Positions 60,379 to 64,000 of a stretch of DNA of 64,000 nt are shown here, in pieces. A model generated the notes under the pieces. It was not told the DNA's origin. It did not search any database and was given only the letters and a program-made list of their open reading frames with translations. Origin of the DNA: Oceanispirochaeta sp. (lineage in GTDB: Bacteria > Spirochaetota > Spirochaetia > DSM-2461); assembly GCA_963663385.2 (NCBI GenBank), contig CAXXXD010000004.1, positions 960,001-1,024,000 on the forward strand, in the 5' to 3' direction. How positions within the stretch are numbered: position 1 is the stretch's first letter; each line of letters starts with the position of its first letter. The translations under genes were made by a program, and so were the position numbers.

Positions 60379-61227
60379 ATGAAAAAAGCAGTAAAATATT
60401 TCACTATTTGTATGGTATTAGTATTTACCATTTCAAGTTGCTCCAGAAAAGATGAAAAACTGTCTGTATTTCAATTAACCGGGGAATTAAGAATTACTGA
60501 GATTGAAAGCAATATATTTTTAGTTACGCACAGCTTTCCCTGGCCGGGTAATTCTTTGATGATTGTTATGGATAAAAAGAATATTCTCTGGATCGATACA
60601 CCATATACACCGGAGGCCACTGCTTTAGTATTGAACTGGATTGAAGAAAAGTATGGAAAAGGGTATTCAATTACAGAAATCAATACAGGGTTTCATATTG
60701 ACAATTTGGGTGGCAATCAAGAATTAGTAAAAAGAAATATACCAATATATGGCTCTAATTTGACGTGCGAGCTTCTTGGAACAAGAAGCAAAAACACGAT
60801 GCTGAATATGATGAATTGGCTAAAAGGGGAAAAATACGAAGATTACAGAAACGTGTATTCTGATTTTACATTTTACAGCCCTACTATTACTTTTAACATT
60901 CATGATGAACAAACAATTGTTTTTGGATCAAATGAAGTGATTATATATTATCCTGGACCAACACATACGTATGACAATCTGGTTGTCTATATACCAAGTC
61001 AAAAAATTCTTTTTGGAGGATGTATGATACTGTCCACCGATGCCGATAAAGTTGGTTATATTGAAGATGGGAACTTGGAAGAATGGGCAAATTCACTCAC
61101 AAAATTAGAAAATCGTTTTGATAATATAAGAGTCATTGTTCCTGGTCATGGAAATCCAGGAGACTCTACGCTAATAGCTCATACAAAAGACATCGTTAAT
61201 GCTTCTGGAGAAACGACAGAAGAATGA
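60379..61227 (+). CDS. Cassette 7: subclass B1 metallo-beta-lactamase, SPS-1/SPM-1-like, predicted lipoprotein
   Basis: IDTP, TGFHIDNLGG (G116-x-H118-x-D120), PTHTYDN (H196), FGGC (C221), PGHG (H263); lipobox ISSC. Confidence 0.85.
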   Translation: MKKAVKYFTICMVLVFTISSCSRKDEKLSVFQLTGELRITEIESNIFLVTHSFPWPGNSLMIVMDKKNILWIDTPYTPEATALVLNWIEEKYGKGYSITEINTGFHIDNLGGNQELVKRNIPIYGSNLTCELLGTRSKNTMLNMMNWLKGEKYEDYRNVYSDFTFYSPTITFNIHDEQTIVFGSNEVIIYYPGPTHTYDNLVVYIPSQKILFGGCMILSTDADKVGYIEDGNLEEWANSLTKLENRFDNIRVIVPGHGNPGDSTLIAHTKDIVNASGETTEE

Positions 61228-61238
61228 AAAATTATTTC

Positions 61239-61275
61239 GCCTAACAGCGAATATGCGGTTACGCCTCCGGTTCCA
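61239..61275 (+). repeat. attC-like site 7, left half only
   Basis: GCCTAAC-a-GCGAATATGCGGTTACGCCTCCGGTTCCAT, nearly the same as the left half at 62911, then runs directly into coding-like sequence. Confidence 0.75.
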
Positions 61276-61404
61276 TACTGTGATAGAGAAGAACTAGTTA
61301 AAATATTGAGTGATACAGAATCAATGAAATTTTATCCGGCACCGTTTAGCCATAAGAAAGTAGAGAACTGGATAAAATGGAATGAAATTTGTGAAATATT
61401 CTGA
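61276..61404 (+). pseudogene. Fragment of a RimJ/RimL-type GNAT acetyltransferase
   Basis: DREELVKILSDTESMKFYPAPFSHKKVENWIKWN; no start codon, early stop. Confidence 0.65.
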
Positions 61405-61512
61405 GAAAGAAGTTATGGGAGAAGCGGTTCGGGAAATACTCTAATGTATACACCGATGAAATGTTATATATCAGCAGAACATTCCGTCTGATTATCTTTG
61501 TAGAGATGTTAA

Positions 61513-61806
61513 ATGGAAAATATTGAAACATATAAAGCAACAGATGGTGAGAACATATTAGGATTTATCTCCTTACAGGATGAGTATCTTGCTGCCATTT
61601 TCGTGAGATCTGAATTCCAGGGGAGAGGGATTGGATCTTTATTATTAAACCATGCAATGGATCTCCGTAATAATCTGCAGTTAGAAATGTTCTGTAAAAA
61701 CCAAAAGAGTGTAGAATTTTATAAAACAAAAGGATTTTCTATAATTTCCGAATCAATAGATAATGAGACAGGAGAAAATGAGTTTGTCATGGGGTGGCAG
61801 AAATAA
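61513..61806 (+). pseudogene. GNAT acetyltransferase (YjaB-like), apparently N-terminally truncated
   Basis: ILGFISL..LAAIFVRSEFQGRGIGSLLL..NQKSVEFYKTKGF; only 97 aa. Confidence 0.7.
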
Positions 61807-61812
61807 AACCGG

Positions 61813-61877
61813 GCATAGCTCGAATATGCGATATCGATTCACCACAGTCAACTTCGAATATTTGTGGGATGTTATAT
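61813..61877 (+). repeat. Degenerate attC-like site
   Basis: GCATAGC-t-CGAATATGCG...ACTTCGAATATTTG-tgggat-GTTATAT. Confidence 0.7.
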
Positions 61878-61946
61878 CAAAATTCAAGTATAATTGTGTT
61901 AATTATACCGGAACAAACCGTGGTGCGGTAGTAGAAAGAAGAGTAA

Positions 61947-62840
61947 ATGATTAAATATACAGAAAATATTGAAGATGTTAAGAAATTTATCCAGGAGAAT
62001 TATAATCAAACCATTGATTTGAGTTCTTTAGCGAATGTTGCCTGTTTATCATCTTTCCATTTTTCTAGGATTTTTCGTTCGATTACGGGTTATACGCCTA
62101 TGCAATATCTAAAGAAAATCCGACTTGAAAAATCAATCTACTATCTGACACATAGTTCCTTAAATGTCTCCGAAGTTGCATATAAATGTGGTTTCAATTC
62201 AATATCAAGTTTCAATTCTTCCTTTAAAGCACAATATAATAGAAGACCGAATGAATTCAGAAACATACAAAAAAGCAAGATTAAGGAAGAATTCGGCAAT
62301 AATCAGAAAGAGTTTTCCATAGAGAACAAACATAATCTCAATAACTCGTTTTTAAGGAGAATTTGGGATATGAATGTGAATATCAAAGAACTGCCGGAAT
62401 ACAGAATTGCATTTTTCAGGCATGTCGGAAGTTATTTAAATACAGGAGAAAACTGGAATAAATTACTTAAATGGGTTGAAGCAAAGGATCTATTTAAAAC
62501 AAATCCATTGTTTATTGGAATATCACGAGATGATCCAGCAACAACAGAGGAAAATGCATGTAGACATGATGCCTGTGTAACTCTGCCGGGAGACTTTAAT
62601 GAAGAGGCCGATGGGAGTGAGGTCTTGTATGATAGAATAGCATCTGGAAAATACGCAATCTATGAGTTTTATGATACTATAGATAAGTTGGGATTAGTAT
62701 ACAGAAATCTTTTTATAGAATGGTTACCCCAAAGTGATTATGAAATGGATTGCAGGCCATGTTTAGAAATAAATTTAAATAATCCGGCTGATGATCCTGA
62801 AGGAAAAAGCAGATGTAACATCTGTATTCCAATAAAATAG
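61947..62840 (+). CDS. Cassette: AraC-family regulator with GyrI-like domain
   Basis: LANVACLSSFHFSRIF..VAYKCGFNSISSF; FFRHVGSY..DDP..CRHDAC..GKYA..WLPQS. Confidence 0.93.
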   Translation: MIKYTENIEDVKKFIQENYNQTIDLSSLANVACLSSFHFSRIFRSITGYTPMQYLKKIRLEKSIYYLTHSSLNVSEVAYKCGFNSISSFNSSFKAQYNRRPNEFRNIQKSKIKEEFGNNQKEFSIENKHNLNNSFLRRIWDMNVNIKELPEYRIAFFRHVGSYLNTGENWNKLLKWVEAKDLFKTNPLFIGISRDDPATTEENACRHDACVTLPGDFNEEADGSEVLYDRIASGKYAIYEFYDTIDKLGLVYRNLFIEWLPQSDYEMDCRPCLEINLNNPADDPEGKSRCNICIPIK

Positions 62841-62910
62841 TACCTATTTGGACCGTCTTAAAATACACCCTTGTATTTTGGGGGAATAAATGAAGTAAGC
62901 TATAATCTTC

Positions 62911-62992
62911 ATATAACAGGGAATCCGCGGTTACACCTTCGGCTCCATTCAAAGGATCTCCTGTAACTTAGCATATTCTCAGAACGTAAAAT
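62911..62992 (+). repeat. attC-like site (right core GTT changed to GTA)
   Basis: ATATAAC, complementary to this cassette's GTTATAT start, -a-GGGAATccGC...GCatATTCTC-agaac-GTAAAAT. Confidence 0.8.
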
Positions 62993-63016
62993 GAAATACC
63001 AGGGGGCGTAATCAAG

Positions 63017-63199
63017 TTGAAAAAGAAAATTCGGCGATATGTTTTAATACTTTTAGTTTTTATTCTATTTATCCCGGCAATCTATTTGGGGCTCTTGTTT
63101 TATATTCATGATTTTGATCATAATTTTTTAAAAATAGATCAATGTTTAGATAATGGCGGAAGATGGGATTATAACGATTGTGAATGTAAGCAGGAATAA
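63017..63199 (+). CDS. Cassette: small membrane protein with Cys motif
   Basis: One TM followed by IDQCLDNGGRWDYNDCEC; TTG start with AGGGG RBS. Confidence 0.6.
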   Translation: MKKKIRRYVLILLVFILFIPAIYLGLLFYIHDFDHNFLKIDQCLDNGGRWDYNDCECKQE

Positions 63200-63209
63200 G
63201 GCTGTAAAA

Positions 63210-63243
63210 AGATAACCGCCGCATATTTTCTGAGCCGTTAAAT
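63210..63243 (+). repeat. Collapsed attC-like site (internal deletion)
   Basis: AGATAAC joined almost directly to the right arm CGCATATTttc..GTTAAAT. Confidence 0.55.
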
Positions 63244-63270
63244 TAAATCCATTATTTTAGGGAAATAAAA

Positions 63271-63448
63271 ATGTTAAAAGAATTCATAGGAAAATCTGTT
63301 CATATATAGTGGTATCTACTCTTATTTAACCAACCCGGAGAAAGTTGTCATGATTGATGTTGATGAGAGCTGGTTAAAGCTCGAAAGTCGAAGCAAAATA
63401 ATACTGCCGGATGTAAATAAAATCAGCAAGGTTAAAACGAATAAATGA
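63271..63448 (+). pseudogene. Cassette: small beta-rich protein gene, disrupted
   Basis: MLKEFIGKSVHI* then VVMIDVDESWLKLE..KISKV in another frame; RBS AGGGA; followed by the right-arm remnant TATATTgttgaaat-GTTATAGGCAAT at 63472. Confidence 0.5.
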
Positions 63449-63506
63449 TGTATTTTATATATTGTTGAAATGTTATAGGCAATGATTCAGCTGGAGAAAA
63501 ACGTAC

Positions 63507-63986
63507 ATGAAATATATGTGTCCATTGATAGTTGTAAGTGATGTAAAACGCTCACGGGAATTCTATGAAAAGATTCTGAAACAGACTGTCAAATATGATT
63601 TCGGGGAAAATGTGACATTTGCTGGTGATTTCGCCATACATGAAAAAGCCCATTTTGAATCACTGATAAATAATGCTGAAATTAAAGAGAAATCGAATAA
63701 TTTTGAACTTTATTTTGAGCATGATGATTTGGAAGAGATGGTGGTTAGAATAAAGGAATCAGGGCTGGAGTTTGTACATGAAATAGTAGAACAGCCCTGG
63801 AAGCAGCAGGTTCTAAGGTTTTATGACTATGATAAAAATATGATAGAAGTCGGAGAAAGACTGGAGCATACAGCGTATAGATTATCAAAGCAGAATTATT
63901 CGATTGAAGACATATGCAGAATAACGTATCTGGAAAAAGAAATTGTTGAAAACGCGATAGATGAGTATTCGCATCTGGAGGGATAA
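63507..63986 (+). CDS. Cassette: VOC/glyoxalase-bleomycin-resistance family protein
   Basis: LIVVSDVKRSREFYEKIL, ELYFE, EQPWKQQVLRFYDYDKNMIEV. Confidence 0.9.
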   Translation: MKYMCPLIVVSDVKRSREFYEKILKQTVKYDFGENVTFAGDFAIHEKAHFESLINNAEIKEKSNNFELYFEHDDLEEMVVRIKESGLEFVHEIVEQPWKQQVLRFYDYDKNMIEVGERLEHTAYRLSKQNYSIEDICRITYLEKEIVENAIDEYSHLEG

Positions 63987-64000
63987 CTATTTTAAAAATA

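Larger units (their letters stand above)
53124..64000 (+). mobile_element. Integron-like gene-cassette array, about 13 cassettes, continuing past the window
   Basis: Co-oriented AT-rich unrelated single genes separated by AAC...hairpin...GTT sites; cassette 5' ends complementary to their own 3' cores. Confidence 0.9.

Noticed and set aside
53791..63480. CRISPR array or simple terminators as an explanation for the intergenic repeats
   Set aside because: Repeats are separated by whole genes, vary in sequence, lack U tracts and carry AAC/GTT cores matched to cassette ends; no cas genes seen.
63981..64000. attC-like left core GGATAAC after the VOC gene
   Set aside because: Poor match to the expected CTATAAC, and the window ends before any hairpin can be checked.

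Overview
Chromosomal window from a spirochaete. The evidence is the 16S sequence, a SpiroCoCo-type coiled-coil gene and the gene set; a free-living Spirochaetaceae such as Oceanispirochaeta is my inference. 1-20 kb is mostly core genes: der 3' end, exbB/exbD/tonB-like genes, HAD hydrolase, coiled-coil protein, grpE-dnaK-dnaJ, a patch of three eroded sugar-catabolic genes, Ser/Thr kinase, dtd, ridA, pyrG. 20-31 kb holds two tandem rRNA operons; only the first carries tRNA-Ile, and their 5S genes differ. 31-52 kb has an MCP, a TPR/transglutaminase-like + lipoprotein pair, a ygc-like ETF-linked catabolic cluster with an RpiR regulator, yitT, a large glutamate dehydrogenase and cbiE. The highlight is 52.7-64 kb: an AT-rich, integron-like array of about 13 co-oriented single-gene cassettes, running off the window end, next to a divergent pseudogenised tyrosine recombinase. 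The insertion site looks like an Xer dif site (AATGCGCATAA-6 nt-TTAT). The cassette hairpins have a non-canonical geometry: 1 unpaired nt on the left and 5 on the right, with no conserved extrahelical base. Cassette ends are complementary over up to 16-17 nt, and three unrelated cassettes share an internal GCCATCC(A/T)TGGC frame. Cargo includes an SPS-1/SPM-1-like B1 metallo-beta-lactamase with Gly at position 116 and a gene split by an intact IS66. All calls come from reading the sequence by eye; no searches were run.
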